In this document: positions 50,617 to 61,424 of the stretch, one piece after another
How the letters are laid out: the number at the start of each line of letters is the position of its first letter
How positions within the stretch are numbered: position 1 is the first letter of the stretch
Assembly: GCA_027494035.1 (NCBI GenBank)
Contig: JAOSJQ010000001.1
Coordinates: 133,693 to 197,692 of the forward strand
Length of the DNA stretch: 64,000 nucleotides
From: Anaerolineales bacterium
GTDB lineage: Bacteria; Chloroflexota; Anaerolineae; Anaerolineales; UBA4823
Direction: 5' to 3'
Program-made: the position numbers and the translations under genes
Notes under the pieces: model-generated
Told to the model about the DNA's origin: nothing
What the model saw: only the letters and a program-made list of their open reading frames with translations
Database searches by the model: none

Positions 50617-51645
50617 TCAGTCTCGAATTAGGGTAAGCTGCTGCAGGGAGTTCAAGTCGCCTGCGCCAGCCACAAACATACAGACCTGGATTTCCCAGCG
50701 CAATTCTTGAATGGTCTGGATGGTATCTTCCACAGATACTGCTGCCGCTTTTAGAAACGGGCTTGCCATCCCGCCCAGCCGCGCGCCGAGCGCGATGCAC
50801 TTGGCAACGTCCACCCCGCTGCGCAAACCGCCGGAAGCGATCACCGTCATTTGCGGGGCTGCTCGCCTGACCTCCAGAATCGCCTCGCTGGTCGGGATGC
50901 CCCAATTCACGAAAGCCGCCGCCAGGCGTTTCTGGCTGTCGGTTTTCGCCCGGTGCAGCTCCACCTGCGACCAGGAGGTGCCGCCGGCGCCGGCTACATC
51001 GATCGCTGCGACGCCGGCGTCCGCCAGCAAGCGGACATCCGCTTCGGAGAAGCCCCAACCCACCTCTTTGGCAATGACCGGCACCGTCAGGTCCCGGCAG
51101 ACCTGTTCGATGCGCTGCGTCAGCCCCGCAAAGCGCGTATCGCCTTCCGGCTGAACGGCTTCCTGCAAGGCGTTCAAGTGCAAGATCAATGCGTCGGCTT
51201 CGATCATTTCGATTGCCCGGCGGCATTCGTCCACCCCGTAGCCATAATTGAGCTGAACGGCGCCCAGGTTGGCAAACAACAATACGTCCGGCGCCTCGCG
51301 GCGGACCTGGAAGGTTCCCGCAAGTTCCGGATGTTCTATCGCCGCCCGCTGGGATCCCACCCCCATTGCGACGCCGGTTTGCTGGGCTGCCTGCGCCAAG
51401 CGCCGGTTAATCGCAGCCGCCTCTTCCGTTCCGCCGGTCATGGATGAGATCAAAATTGGCGCGGCGAGCTTTCGCCCGAAGAGCTCCTGGCTCAGGTTCA
51501 CCGCCTCCAGGTCCAGCTCAGGCAAAGCCCGATGCTGAAAGCGATAGCGTTCCAAACCCGTTGTGAGACCAGAGCGGACGTCTTCCTCGAGGTTGATTCG
51601 AATATGATCTGATTTTCGCGCCCCAATCGGCGTAACTTCTGGCAT
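50617..51645 (-). CDS. fni: type 2 isopentenyl-diphosphate delta-isomerase (FMN-dependent)
   Basis: [11 protein letters not shown]-terminus and TIM-barrel FMN-binding motifs ([15 protein letters not shown]). Confidence 0.9.
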   Translation of the reverse strand: MPEVTPIGARKSDHIRINLEEDVRSGLTTGLERYRFQHRALPELDLEAVNLSQELFGRKLAAPILISSMTGGTEEAAAINRRLAQAAQQTGVAMGVGSQRAAIEHPELAGTFQVRREAPDVLLFANLGAVQLNYGYGVDECRRAIEMIEADALILHLNALQEAVQPEGDTRFAGLTQRIEQVCRDLTVPVIAKEVGWGFSEADVRLLADAGVAAIDVAGAGGTSWSQVELHRAKTDSQKRLAAAFVNWGIPTSEAILEVRRAAPQMTVIASGGLRSGVDVAKCIALGARLGGMASPFLKAAAVSVEDTIQTIQELRWEIQVCMFVAGAGDLNSLQQLTLIRD

Positions 51646-51770
51646 GGATGAGTGTTCCTTATTGAGAAGTTATCTTACCAGCCGGATTATGCCCTGTCAA
51701 CGGTCGCTGTCGCGCTGCCTTTCTAGCAGCGGTGTCAAAAAAAAAACCGGCAAAGGCGGCTGAAACAGGC

Positions 51771-51798
51771 TTGACAGATCAGCCCCCAAGATTACAAT
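51771..51798 (+). promoter_or_regulatory. promoter TTGACA-16 nt-TACAAT upstream of acpP
   Basis: Both hexamers are near consensus. AAGGAGG SD at about 51825 precedes the ATG at 51839. Confidence 0.6.
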
Positions 51799-51838
51799 TG
51801 GGCTGGTCGGAAATTAATATTCTTAAGGAGGATATTTC

Positions 51839-52075
51839 ATGGCAGACACTTATGGCGAGATCAAAGAAGTCATCGTCGAACTGCTCAACGTAGATGAGAG
51901 TAAAGTAACACCGGAAGCGCGTTTTCGCGAAGACCTTGAAGCGGACTCATTGGACCTGGTCGAGCTGATCATGGCATTCGAGGATAAATTCGGCGGTGAG
52001 ATTTCCGACGAAGACGCACAGAAAATCACGACCGTGGGTGAGGCGGTTAGCTACATCGACTCACACATGAAGTAA
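51839..52075 (+). CDS. acpP: acyl carrier protein
   Basis: 78 aa. [16 protein letters not shown] contains the phosphopantetheine Ser in DSLD. Confidence 0.93.
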   Translation: MADTYGEIKEVIVELLNVDESKVTPEARFREDLEADSLDLVELIMAFEDKFGGEISDEDAQKITTVGEAVSYIDSHMK

Positions 52076-52103
52076 TTCACCTTTTTAAATCAGCCAAACT
52101 CGA

Positions 52104-52160
52104 GATAAAAAGGGTTGTTGTGCGGTTATGACCACACAACAACCCTTATCTTGTTTTTTT
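52104..52160. terminator. bidirectional terminator between convergent acpP and sucD
   Basis: AGGGTTGTTGTG-10 nt-CACAACAACCCT, with an upstream A tract and a downstream T7. Confidence 0.8.
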
Positions 52161-52178
52161 AATTCTGCCTGGATTTGC

Positions 52179-53048
52179 CTAACAGCACTTGAGCAGTTCA
52201 GGGATCTCCTCCGGATGGCGAGCCACTTCGACCCCGGCGTTGCGCAGCGCCTTGACTTTTTCCTCGGCAGTGCCCGCGCCTCCTTCGATGATCGCGCCGG
52301 CGTGACCCATGCGTTTGCCGGGCGGGGCGGTCTGCCCGGCGATGAAGCTGACGACCGGTTTGGTCAGGCGATCCAGAATGTATTCGGCGGCGCGCTCCTC
52401 GTCGGTCCCGCCGATTTCGCCGATCATCACGATCTTCTCTGTCTGCGAATCTTCTTCAAACATCTGCAGGCAATCGATGAAATTCGTCCCATTGACCGGA
52501 TCGCCGCCGATGCCGACGCAGGTGCTGACCCCCATATTGACCAGCATGAGCGCATACAGCACCTCGTAGGTCAGCGTTCCCGAGCGGGACACCACACCGA
52601 CATTTCCCGGAATCGCAATGTTGCCCGGGATAATCCCCACTTTGCTCTCACCAGGCGTTAGCAAACCCGGGCAGTTCGGACCTACCAGCCGCACCAGCCT
52701 CTGGTCCAGATATTCGCGCACGCGCATCATATCCTGCACCGGGATGCCTTCCGTGATGCACACCACTAGTTCCAGACCGGCGTCGGCAGCTTCATAAATC
52801 GCATCCGGGGCGAAGCGAGCTGGCACGAAGATCACGCTCGTGTTAGCGCCGGTCGCATCGACTGCCATTTTGACCGAATCAAACACTGGGATTTTATCGT
52901 TCAACACCCACTCCCCGCCCTTGCCGGGGGTGACGCCGGCGACGACGTTCGTGCCAAACGCTAACATCTGCTCAGTATGAAACAAACCCTCGTTACCGGT
53001 GATGCCCTGAACGAGCAAACGGGTGTGTTTATTAATCAAAATGCTCAT
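52179..53048 (-). CDS. sucD: succinate--CoA ligase subunit alpha
   Basis: GITG..G and the phosphohistidine loop MGHAGAI. 289 aa. Confidence 0.95.
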   Translation of the reverse strand: MSILINKHTRLLVQGITGNEGLFHTEQMLAFGTNVVAGVTPGKGGEWVLNDKIPVFDSVKMAVDATGANTSVIFVPARFAPDAIYEAADAGLELVVCITEGIPVQDMMRVREYLDQRLVRLVGPNCPGLLTPGESKVGIIPGNIAIPGNVGVVSRSGTLTYEVLYALMLVNMGVSTCVGIGGDPVNGTNFIDCLQMFEEDSQTEKIVMIGEIGGTDEERAAEYILDRLTKPVVSFIAGQTAPPGKRMGHAGAIIEGGAGTAEEKVKALRNAGVEVARHPEEIPELLKCC

Positions 53049-53052
53049 CGGT

Positions 53053-54207
53053 TCAGCCTCCCGAAGCCGTCGGCGCGTCCATTGCGACTGCGACCGCCTT
53101 TTGCGCCGCGTCGACCAGCGTCTCGGCAGTGATCATATGCGCATCCGCCAGGATCTGGCGGCCTTCCTCGGCGTGCGTCCCCACCAGGCGAATGACCATT
53201 GGCACTTGCGTGTCGACTTCTTTCAGCGCTGTGAGGATGCCGCGCGCCACTTCGTCACCGCGCGTGATCCCCCCGAAGATATTGAACAGCACAGCTTTCA
53301 CGTTCGGGTCTGCCAGGATGATGCGCAGCGCTGCAGCCACTTTTTCCGCGCTGGCGCCGCCACCGATGTCCAGGAAATTTGCCGGTGCGCCTCCGAACAG
53401 CTTAATGATGTCCATGCTGGTCATCGCTAACCCAGCCCCATTCACCATGCAGCCGATGTTTCCATCCAGTTTGATGAATGAGAGACCGTAGCGCCGGGCT
53501 TCGATCTCTGATGGCGCTTCGGCATCCAGGTCACGCATCTCGAAGAGCGCCTGCTGGCGGAATTGGGCGTTGTCGTCGATCAGCATCTTGCCATCCACCG
53601 CCAGAAGCTGGTTCTCGGAGGTGATCACGAGCGGGTTGATCTCCGCCAGGGTTGCGTCGCAATCCATGTACGCCTGCCACAGACCGCGGGCGATCTGACC
53701 GAAAAGCCGCCAGTGCTCGCGCGGCAGGTCAATCCCGGCGGCAATGTCGCGCGCCTGGTAGTCGCGCAGACCGAGCAGCGGGTCGACGTGGACGCGGATG
53801 ATCTTTTCGGGGGTCAGGCGCGCCACTTCTTCAATCTCGACCCCGCCGGCGGCGGAAGCCATCATCACCGGACGGCGGGCGGTCCGATCGTTGGTGATCC
53901 CCAGATAGATCTCGGTCTCGATGTTGGCAGCTTCGTCCACCAGCACCTTGCGCACTGGCAGCCCTTTGATTTCCATCGCCAGGATCTGCCCCGCCAACTC
54001 GCCGGCTTCGTCGGGGCTTTTAGCCAGCCGGATACCGCCGGCTTTGCCGCGCCCGCCCACCAGCACCTGCGATTTAATTACAACGCGGCTACCCAACTCT
54101 TTTGCGATTTGTTTCGCTTCGTCTGCGGTAGCCGCCACCCGTCCCTTCGGGATCGGGATGCCATACCTGGCAAAGATTTGTTTTGACTGATACTCATGCA
54201 GCTTCAT
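53053..54207 (-). CDS. sucC: succinate--CoA ligase (ADP-forming) subunit beta
   Basis: [18 protein letters not shown]..., ATP-grasp fold, and [10 protein letters not shown] near the C-terminal domain. Confidence 0.95.
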   Translation of the reverse strand: MKLHEYQSKQIFARYGIPIPKGRVAATADEAKQIAKELGSRVVIKSQVLVGGRGKAGGIRLAKSPDEAGELAGQILAMEIKGLPVRKVLVDEAANIETEIYLGITNDRTARRPVMMASAAGGVEIEEVARLTPEKIIRVHVDPLLGLRDYQARDIAAGIDLPREHWRLFGQIARGLWQAYMDCDATLAEINPLVITSENQLLAVDGKMLIDDNAQFRQQALFEMRDLDAEAPSEIEARRYGLSFIKLDGNIGCMVNGAGLAMTSMDIIKLFGGAPANFLDIGGGASAEKVAAALRIILADPNVKAVLFNIFGGITRGDEVARGILTALKEVDTQVPMVIRLVGTHAEEGRQILADAHMITAETLVDAAQKAVAVAMDAPTASGG

Positions 54208-54314
54208 GCAAGCCGTCTCTCCTCGTCTTCAGCTTCAGGTTTCATCGCTTAAACACATTCTTTAGAAGGACAAAACTGGGTATCAAATCGATCAGAAGAT
54301 CAATTTTCGCACAA

Positions 54315-54323
54315 ATTATACCA
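54315..54323 (-). promoter_or_regulatory. putative extended -10 promoter (TGgTATAAT) of sucCD
   Basis: The minus strand reads TGGTATAAT ~105 nt upstream of the sucC ATG. Confidence 0.5.
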
Positions 54324-54338
54324 TGCGAGATTAAGACG

Positions 54339-54366
54339 GGATGGCGCAGTATTAGCTGCGCCATCC
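54339..54366 (-). terminator. 11 bp hairpin immediately 3' of tRNA-Gln
   Basis: GGATGGCGCAG-6 nt-CTGCGCCATCC, followed on the minus strand by CGUCUUAAUCU. Confidence 0.5.
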
Positions 54367-54369
54367 GTG

Positions 54370-54440
54370 CTGGGGATCGTGGATTCGAACCACGGCATAC
54401 AGATCCAGAGTCTGCTGTCCTACCACTAGACGAATCCCCA
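54370..54440 (-). tRNA. tRNA-Gln (anticodon CUG)
   Basis: A 71 nt cloverleaf folded by hand. Acceptor TGGGGAT/ATCCCCA (U1-A72), discriminator G73, D stem GTCT/GGAC, anticodon stem GCAGA/TCTGT with loop CT-CTG-GA, T arm CGTGG-TTCGAAT-CCACG. No CCA is encoded. Confidence 0.9.
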
Positions 54441-54490
54441 ACGTGCGGGGCATTTTACCATGAATGAGGGGTCTCGTCAAATCGCCGCCG

Positions 54491-55351
54491 TCAGCGAACC
54501 GGCTGCGCGATCCAGGCATTTCTGAGGCTGTGGATCGCAAACACCAGCCCGAAAAACAGCGTGGCGGTCAGCACAATCGCCGCCCCGGAGGCAATCCCCA
54601 GATAATATGAAAGATACAGCCCGATCAATCCGGAAAGCGCCGCGAACGCTGCCGCCAGCGCCATCATGACCGGCAGCCGGTTAGTCAGCAGGTAGGCGGT
54701 AGCTGCGGGCGTCACGAGCATGGCAACCACCAGCGCCACGCCCACGGTCTGGATCGACGCGGCGACCGTCACAGCGATCAACGCCAGCAGCAAGTTGTTC
54801 AGAAAACCAACTGGCAGCCTCAGCGTCGCCGCCAGAACGGGATCGAACGAAAGCACCAGAAATTCCTTGTAAAACGCCAGCATAGCCAACAGCACCAGCC
54901 CGCCGAAAATGGCAGTGCGGATCAAGTCAGCCGCAGAAACGCCCAGCACATCTCCGAATAAGAAGTGGCTCAGATCCACAGCGTAACTGCGAACGGTTGA
55001 AATGATCGCGATCCCGAGCGCAAACATCCCCGCGAAGATAATTCCAATCGCGGTGTCCTCCTTGATCTGCGCCCGCCGGCTGATGGCGCTGATCACAAAT
55101 GAACTCGCCAACGCGGTGCCTAACGCCCACCAGAACAACGCGCCGCGCTCACCACCCGAAAACAAATAGCCCACCGCCACCCCGGGCAGGATGGTGTGCG
55201 CCAGCGCATCGCCGAAAAACGCCATGCCGCGCAACACCACATAAGTTCCCACGACCGCGCACACAACTCCCACCAGCGTCGCGGCTGCTAAACCGCGCGC
55301 CATGAAGGCGTATGAATATGGCGCAAGCAGCCAGTTAATGAGCGTTTCCAT
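54491..55351 (-). CDS. metal (Zn/Mn) ABC transporter permease
   Basis: ZnuB/TroCD-like multi-TM protein. An ATG at 55351 (METLINWLL) is preferred over the track start at 55480, which lies inside the ATPase gene. Confidence 0.82.
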   Translation of the reverse strand: METLINWLLAPYSYAFMARGLAAATLVGVVCAVVGTYVVLRGMAFFGDALAHTILPGVAVGYLFSGGERGALFWWALGTALASSFVISAISRRAQIKEDTAIGIIFAGMFALGIAIISTVRSYAVDLSHFLFGDVLGVSAADLIRTAIFGGLVLLAMLAFYKEFLVLSFDPVLAATLRLPVGFLNNLLLALIAVTVAASIQTVGVALVVAMLVTPAATAYLLTNRLPVMMALAAAFAALSGLIGLYLSYYLGIASGAAIVLTATLFFGLVFAIHSLRNAWIAQPVR

Positions 55352-56183
55352 TCGTCTCCCCCTCGCCGCAGCACGTATCCGCCACGGTCCACTCTTTAGC
55401 ATCCTCGTCCACTTGCCGTAAGCGTTCTCCATAAGCCGCCCGCAGCCGGTCGTATTGCAGCACGATGTCGGCGGTCCCAAAACCGAACATTCGCTGGTTC
55501 AGCAGCATAATCCGATCGAAATAGCGCGCGGCTTCTTCGAGATCGTGGGTAGCGACCATCACCGTCACCGACTGGGATTTGAGCTTGTCCAACAAATCCA
55601 AGATCTCCTCGCGGGAAGGCAGGTCTAAGCCGGCGAACGGTTCATCCATCAACATCAGCGCGGCTTCCTGCGCCAGCGCTCTGGCGATAAACATGCGCTG
55701 CTGTTGTCCGCCGGACAACTGGCTGATCTGGCGGTCGTGCAGGTCATCCAAACCGACCATGCTCAAAGCGCTGTGGACAAGCTCCCAATCCTTGCGTCCA
55801 GGCATGCGCAGCCAGCCCAAGCGGGCGACGCGCCCCATCATCGCCACATCCGCCACCGTGACCGGAAAACGCCAATCCACCTGGCTCCGTTGAGGGACAT
55901 AACCAATGCAGACGTGACCGCGGGGACCGCTGCCATAGATGTTCACCTCCCCGCTGCTGGGGGTCAACACGCCTGCCACGACTTTGAACAAGGTGCTCTT
56001 GCCAGCCCCGTTTGGACCGACCACCGCGATCCGCTCGCCGGCGTGTAAATGAAACGTCAGGTTATCCAGCGCCAGGCGCCCGTTATAGCGGACGCTCAAT
56101 TTATGGACGTCCAAAACCGGTTGGTTTTCTTGATGGCGAATATTTGGAGACAAGGTTTCTCCCAGATATTGATTGGGGATCAC
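55335..56183 (-). CDS. metal ABC transporter ATP-binding protein
   Basis: Walker A GPNGAGKST, signature LSGGQQQR, Walker B LMLMDEP. Confidence 0.9.
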   Translation of the reverse strand: MIPNQYLGETLSPNIRHQENQPVLDVHKLSVRYNGRLALDNLTFHLHAGERIAVVGPNGAGKSTLFKVVAGVLTPSSGEVNIYGSGPRGHVCIGYVPQRSQVDWRFPVTVADVAMMGRVARLGWLRMPGRKDWELVHSALSMVGLDDLHDRQISQLSGGQQQRMFIARALAQEAALMLMDEPFAGLDLPSREEILDLLDKLKSQSVTVMVATHDLEEAARYFDRIMLLNQRMFGFGTADIVLQYDRLRAAYGERLRQVDEDAKEWTVADTCCGEGETNGNAH

Positions 56184-57129
56184 TCTAAAGCATCGACAAT
56201 TGCCCGAACATTATATCTCATGAAATTGAGGTAAGTATCCGCGCCGCTGCCCGGTTTGCCCAGCGAGCCAGTGTAGAGCGCCACCACCTGAGTTCCGGTA
56301 TCTTTCGCAATCTGCTGCGCCAGCGCCGGGTTGACGGTTGTGCTCACAAACACCGCCGGAATATGCAGATTGCGCAGGGTATCTTCAAGCTGCGCCAGAT
56401 CTTGAGCGGACGGGGAGGCGTCGGCGCTTAAGGAGGCGACAATCAAGCCAGCCTGCTCGAAGCCATAACGCCGCGCAAAATAAGCCAGAGAAGCATGGTC
56501 AGTCACCAGCTTGCGCCGTTCGGGTGGAACGCGGCTCGTCTCTGCCCGCGCCCATTCATCCAACGCGGTCAACTCCGCCAGATAGCTGTCGGCATTCGAC
56601 CGGTAGGTGTCCGAGTTGTCCGGGTCGGCTGCTGCCAAGGCAGACTGAATGTTTTCCACCCAAACCTTCACGTTATTCGGATCCATCCAGGTATGGGGGT
56701 CGCCATGAGCATGCACTTCATCGTCCGAATCCGCTCCGCCAGCATTCAGCCCTGCAGAAGCCCCGCCGGGTTGAAATCCAGGACATCAATTCCATCCGAT
56801 ACGTGCACCACGCGCCCGGTCGCATTCGCCTCCAGGCTGGGCGCAAGCGCTTCTTCCAGACCCAAGCCGTTGAGGAAGATCAGATCGGCGTCGCTAATTG
56901 CGGCGATATCGCGCGGGCGCGGCTCGAACGTATGCGGGTCAGCCCCAACCGGCATCAGCACAGTCAGATCAAGCCCATCCCCGCCGACCTGCTGCACCAC
57001 GTCGCCAATGATGGTTGTCGATGTCACAACCTGCAGGCGGTCGTCTTTCCGAGCAAATTGAGAAGCGCTGCAAGCAGCCAGCAAAAAACAAATTAGAAGC
57101 GCGCACGCCGCGCGCCAAGAACTACCCAT
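56180..57129 (-). pseudogene. metal ABC transporter substrate-binding lipoprotein (ZnuA/TroA family); frame broken near the G4/C4 run 56760-56763
   Basis: Lipobox FLLAAC. N-terminal lobe in ORF 56746-57129. The -1 frame continues ..GASAGLNAGGADSDDEVHAHGDPHTWMDP.. into ORF 56180-56716 (C-terminal lobe). Confidence 0.82.
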
Positions 57130-57187
57130 TGGGATCTCCGTAGACCTTTTTCAGTTATTACCCCACAATTTACTCTGGCTGTCAAGC

Positions 57188-59480
57188 TTAGGCGCTTTGG
57201 ATCGCCTGTAAAACTCGCAAAGGGGTAGCTGGAATGCGGCGGATGCGCTTGCCGATCGCCCTGGAAACCGCGTTGATCACCGCGGGGGCGGTCGGGAGCA
57301 TAGCGGCTTCTCCTAAGCCTTTCGCGCCCAACGGACCCGTGGTAGCTGGGCACTTCAACAAAATGAACCTGAATTTCAGGGATGGCATCGATCATGGGCA
57401 AAATATAGTCGCTGAAACCGGTCGTCGCGCCGGGGATGTATTCCTCGCTGAGCGCCCCGCCGATCCCCATGACAATCGCGCCCTGAACCTGACCCACGGC
57501 ATCGAGCCGGTTGATCACCCGCCCAACGTCGTGCGCCGCGGCAATGCGCTTGACCTGGACGATACCGGTCTCCAGATCCACAATCACCTGGGCTGCCTGG
57601 GCGCCGGTGACAAACAGCGGGATGTATTCCGGTCTGCCCGCCTCGGGAAATTGTGGGCTGAGGTCAAAAAATCCATTCACCCTGCGAGGTTTTCCCAATA
57701 AGTCGAATTCAGCGGCGACCTCCTGCAGCGTGACGCGCTGTTCAGGATTCGTGATGACCGAGACGCCCCGCTCGTTCAGCAGCAACTCCTGTGGATGATG
57801 GTCCAGCATCTCTGCGGCGGCAGCGAACAACTCGCGCTTGAGGTTCTCGGCAGCCACACAGACGGCTCCGCCGGTGAAGTAAGTCGCCCGCGAGGCGCCC
57901 TGGACCCCGCTATCGGGAACCAAACCGGTATCCGCATTCACCAGTACAACCTGGCTGCGCGGCAGACCGAGCGCCTCCGCGGCAAGCTGAACCATAACCG
58001 TGGCGATACCCTGCCCATAATCGGGGGCGGAGCAGTAAATGACGATTCTGCCATCCTCCGCCAGTTCTGCGTGCGCTTCGATGCGCAGCGAACCCGATTT
58101 GCCAAAGCGATACCACATCCCCGCCAGCCCGACCCCCATCCGCATTGAAGAGGCGCCCGACGCGGCGTTGAATGAACACATCTCCTCAGTAAACGCCTGG
58201 TAACTTGGCTGAATGGCTTGCAAAACTTCAGCATAACCCAACGATTCCGCCACAGGGTAACCCAGAAAAGAAACCTGCCCCTGCTGCAGATGGTTCTGGG
58301 CGCGCAAATCGAGCGGATCCATGTCAAGCGCTTGCGCCAGTTCATCGAGCGTACATTCGAGAGCGAAATTGCTCTGCGAGGTCCCAAAACCCCGGAATTG
58401 ACCGCTTTTTGGCCCGTTCGTGTAAACCGCGTGCGCCAGTCCATCCACTGCCTGCCAGGCATATGCCCCGCCGCTGGCGGTGATGGCATAATTTGGGATG
58501 TAATAGCCGGCGCTATCATATCCGCCGGTGTTGGCAAGCACGCGAACCTGAATGCCGGTCAATTTACCGCGGCGCGTTGCCCCAAGCTTGAAATTTACAT
58601 GATACGGGTGGCGTTTTGTCGTCGCGACGAAGACCTCACGGCGCGAGTAGCTCAGCCGCACCGGTTTCCCAACCAGAAATGCCATCAATCCCACCGCGGC
58701 GAGGGGCCAGGGGTCTTGCCGTCCCCCAAACGAACCGCCGGTCGGCGGCACAATCACGCGCACGCTGGCAGGATCGATCCCGAGTGCCGGGGCAATATAG
58801 CCTTGCTGCCAATGCGGCTCGTGCGTGCCGCCGATCACCGTCACGCCTCCGTCTTCGCTCGGGTAGCCCAGCGCCGCTTCGCGTTCCATCGCACAGTGCT
58901 CGAGGTAGCCGGTGGCATATTCTGTTTCGATCAGGACCTGGGATTGCTCAAATGCAGCTTGAAGGTCGCCGTGCGCCAGCGTGAAAGTGCTGAGCAAATT
59001 CCCATCCGGATAGATCGCGGTTGCATCCGGTTGAAGCGCTTCCTGCGCCGAAAATGTGTGCGGGAGGATCTCGTAGCCCGCCTGGATGGCGCCCGCGGCG
59101 CGCTGGGCGATTTCGAACGTTTCAGCAACGACTAATGCAACCGGAGCGCCCCGCTGTCTCAGCGCCGCGCCAATCGAGGTCAGAAGCGGTTCATCACGGC
59201 TGTAATCGCCCAGGCTATTTTCACCGGGGATGTCGGCGGCGGTAATGACCCGCCTCACGCCAGGCATGCGCAACGCCGGCGAAACATCCAGGTCGAGCAG
59301 CCGGGCGTGATGGTGCGGGCTGCGCAGAACAAACCCATAAAGCATTTCGGGGAGCCGTTGATCTTCGACATAACGCGTTTCACCAGTCACTTTGTAAACC
59401 GAATCGATTCGAAGATCGCTGCCGCCAACCGGCTTCCGGGAAACCAGATCGTTTGTCAAGGTTATGCGTTGAGAATCCAC
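57188..59480 (-). pseudogene. xanthine dehydrogenase/aldehyde oxidase family molybdopterin-binding subunit; frame broken near 57336-57338
   Basis: N-terminal a/b-hammerhead (RIDSVYKVTGETRYVED) and large MoCo-binding domains. The main ORF drifts into non-homologous sequence after ..VPSYHG. ORF 57188-57388 in the +1 frame supplies the expected end, GPLGAKGLGEAAMLPTAPAVINAV.. Confidence 0.82.
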
Positions 59481-59649
59481 GTTACACCTCTATTATGTTG
59501 TCCTTTGCTCGAGCAAAGCCAACTTCGTTAAGAACGAAATTATAGCTCATATCCTCTCCGTTTCGCAGAGGATATTCAATAAGCCGTCTCTTTCTGTTCC
59601 TCACTATGAGCGCGCGCCGCCGCTTCACCTCAGGGCGGGTCTCAACCGC

Positions 59650-59658
59650 TGTTATAAT
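59650..59658 (+). promoter_or_regulatory. putative extended -10 promoter (TGtTATAAT) of glnS
   Basis: TGTTATAAT lies 36 nt upstream of the ATG at 59694. The TTG start used in the ORF track overlaps this hexamer. Confidence 0.45.
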
Positions 59659-59693
59659 TGCCTAAATTTCACGAACCGAGGCAATTTTTATCC

Positions 59694-61388
59694 ATGACCA
59701 AAAAGCCCATGCCTGCCCCTACTGACTTTATTCGCGATGAGATCAACCAGGATCTGCTTTCTGGACGCTTTGACCGGGTTCAGACGCGCTTTCCGCCCGA
59801 ACCGAACGGCTATCTGCACATCGGGCACGCCAAGGCGCTGGCGATCGACTTCGGCATCGCGCATGATTACGACGGCATTTGCAGCCTGCGCTACGACGAC
59901 ACCAACCCGGTAAAGGAAGACGTTGAATATGTCGATTCGATCAAAGAGGATATTCGCTGGCTGGGCTGGGATTGGGACGACCGGGAATACTACGCTTCGG
60001 ATTATTTTCCACAGCTCTACGAATATGCCCTAAAGTTAATCCGCGAGGGCAAAGCCTATGTGGACGATCTTTCCGCCGAACAGATCCGCGAATACCGCGG
60101 CACGCTGACCGAGCCAGGCCGCGAGAGCCCCTACCGCAGCCGTTCGATCGAGGAAAACCTGGATTTGTTCCAGCGCATGAAAGCCGGCGAATTTCCGGAT
60201 GGATCGCGTGTGCTGCGCGCCAAAATTGACATGGCTTCAGGGAATATCAACCTGCGCGACCCGGTAATGTACCGCATCTTGCACGAGCCAGCCCACCATC
60301 GCACCGGCTACGATTGGAACATCTACCCGATGTACGATTTCGCCCACGGTCAGAGCGATTCGATCGAAGGCGTGACTCACTCGCTCTGCTCGCTTGAATA
60401 CGAAGACCACCGTCCGCTCTACGAATGGTTCCTCAAAGAGCTCGAAATTTACGCGCCGCGCCAGCTCGAATTCGCGCGCCTGAATATGAATTACACGGTG
60501 ATGAGCAAGCGCAAACTGCTGCGGCTGGTAAACGATGGCTATGTGAGCGGTTGGGACGATCCGCGCATGCCCACCCTGCGCGGCTTGCGCCGCCGCGGCT
60601 ACACTCCTGAAGCCATCCTGGATTTCATCAAACGCATTGGGGTGGCGAAAAACTACAGCGTAATCGATATCGCCCTGCTGGAAGCGGCGGTGCGCGAGGA
60701 CCTCAACCAGCGCGCCCCCCGAAAAATGGCGGTTCTCAATCCGCTTAAATTGACGATCACCAACTACCCCGAAGGACAGGTCGAATGGATGGAGGCGCTC
60801 AACAACCCGGAAGACCCGCAAGCCGGGACCCGCAAGCTGCCATTTTCACGCAGCTTGTATATTGAGCAGGAAGACTTCCGGGAAGATCCGCCGCCGAAAT
60901 ATTTTCGCCTCACCCCAGGGCGCGAAGTGCGCTTGCGCTACGCCTATTTCGTCCTGTGCGAGGATTTTGTCAAGGATGCAGACGGAAACGTAATCGAAGT
61001 GCTGTGCACCTACGATCCAGCGACCCGCGGCGGCGACGCCCCGGATGGGCGCAAAGTCAAATCCACCATCCATTGGGTGTCTGCAGCTCACGCCATCCCG
61101 GCTGAAGTGCGGTTGTACGACCGGCTGTTTTCACGCCCCGATCCGGAGGGCAGCGCCGAAGAGGAGGTGGATTTTCTCACCTGTCTGAACCCAAATTCGC
61201 TGCAGGTACTCCCCCAGACTTACCTGGAACCAAGCCTGGCTGACTCAGCACCAGGCGACCGCTTCCAGTTCGAGCGCCAGGGATATTTCTGTGTAGATTC
61301 CGACTCGCGGGAGGGCGGTAAGTTAATTTTCAACCGCACCGTGGCATTAAAAGATACCTGGGCAAAGATCGAGAAAAGTCTTCAATAG
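59694..61388 (+). CDS. glnS: glutamine--tRNA ligase
   Basis: [16 protein letters not shown] (HIGH), VMSKRKL (KMSKS), and C-terminal beta-barrel anticodon-binding domains. About 564 aa. Confidence 0.93.
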   Translation: MTKKPMPAPTDFIRDEINQDLLSGRFDRVQTRFPPEPNGYLHIGHAKALAIDFGIAHDYDGICSLRYDDTNPVKEDVEYVDSIKEDIRWLGWDWDDREYYASDYFPQLYEYALKLIREGKAYVDDLSAEQIREYRGTLTEPGRESPYRSRSIEENLDLFQRMKAGEFPDGSRVLRAKIDMASGNINLRDPVMYRILHEPAHHRTGYDWNIYPMYDFAHGQSDSIEGVTHSLCSLEYEDHRPLYEWFLKELEIYAPRQLEFARLNMNYTVMSKRKLLRLVNDGYVSGWDDPRMPTLRGLRRRGYTPEAILDFIKRIGVAKNYSVIDIALLEAAVREDLNQRAPRKMAVLNPLKLTITNYPEGQVEWMEALNNPEDPQAGTRKLPFSRSLYIEQEDFREDPPPKYFRLTPGREVRLRYAYFVLCEDFVKDADGNVIEVLCTYDPATRGGDAPDGRKVKSTIHWVSAAHAIPAEVRLYDRLFSRPDPEGSAEEEVDFLTCLNPNSLQVLPQTYLEPSLADSAPGDRFQFERQGYFCVDSDSREGGKLIFNRTVALKDTWAKIEKSLQ

Positions 61389-61424
61389 CCGAATAGGGTG
61401 AAAAGGCGCCGCATAGCCTTTTTT

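Noticed and set aside
50555-51226. 223 aa same-strand alternative-frame ORF inside fni, and a 221 aa ORF at 18508-19173 inside the MFS gene.
   Set aside because: Both are off-frame read-through of well-supported genes, with Arg/Gly-rich composition and no independent start signals.
51738-51747. A10 homopolymer in the fni-acpP intergenic region as a phase-variation tract.
   Set aside because: It lies upstream of the acpP -35 hexamer and outside any ORF. Given the homopolymer error pattern in this contig, its exact length is unreliable, and nothing suggests contingency-locus function.
59481-59657. Moco riboswitch upstream of the molybdoenzyme gene.
   Set aside because: The region is only about 50 nt between the likely TSS and the start codon. 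I could not find the conserved Moco-motif elements, only simple palindromes. This needs a covariance-model scan to exclude formally.
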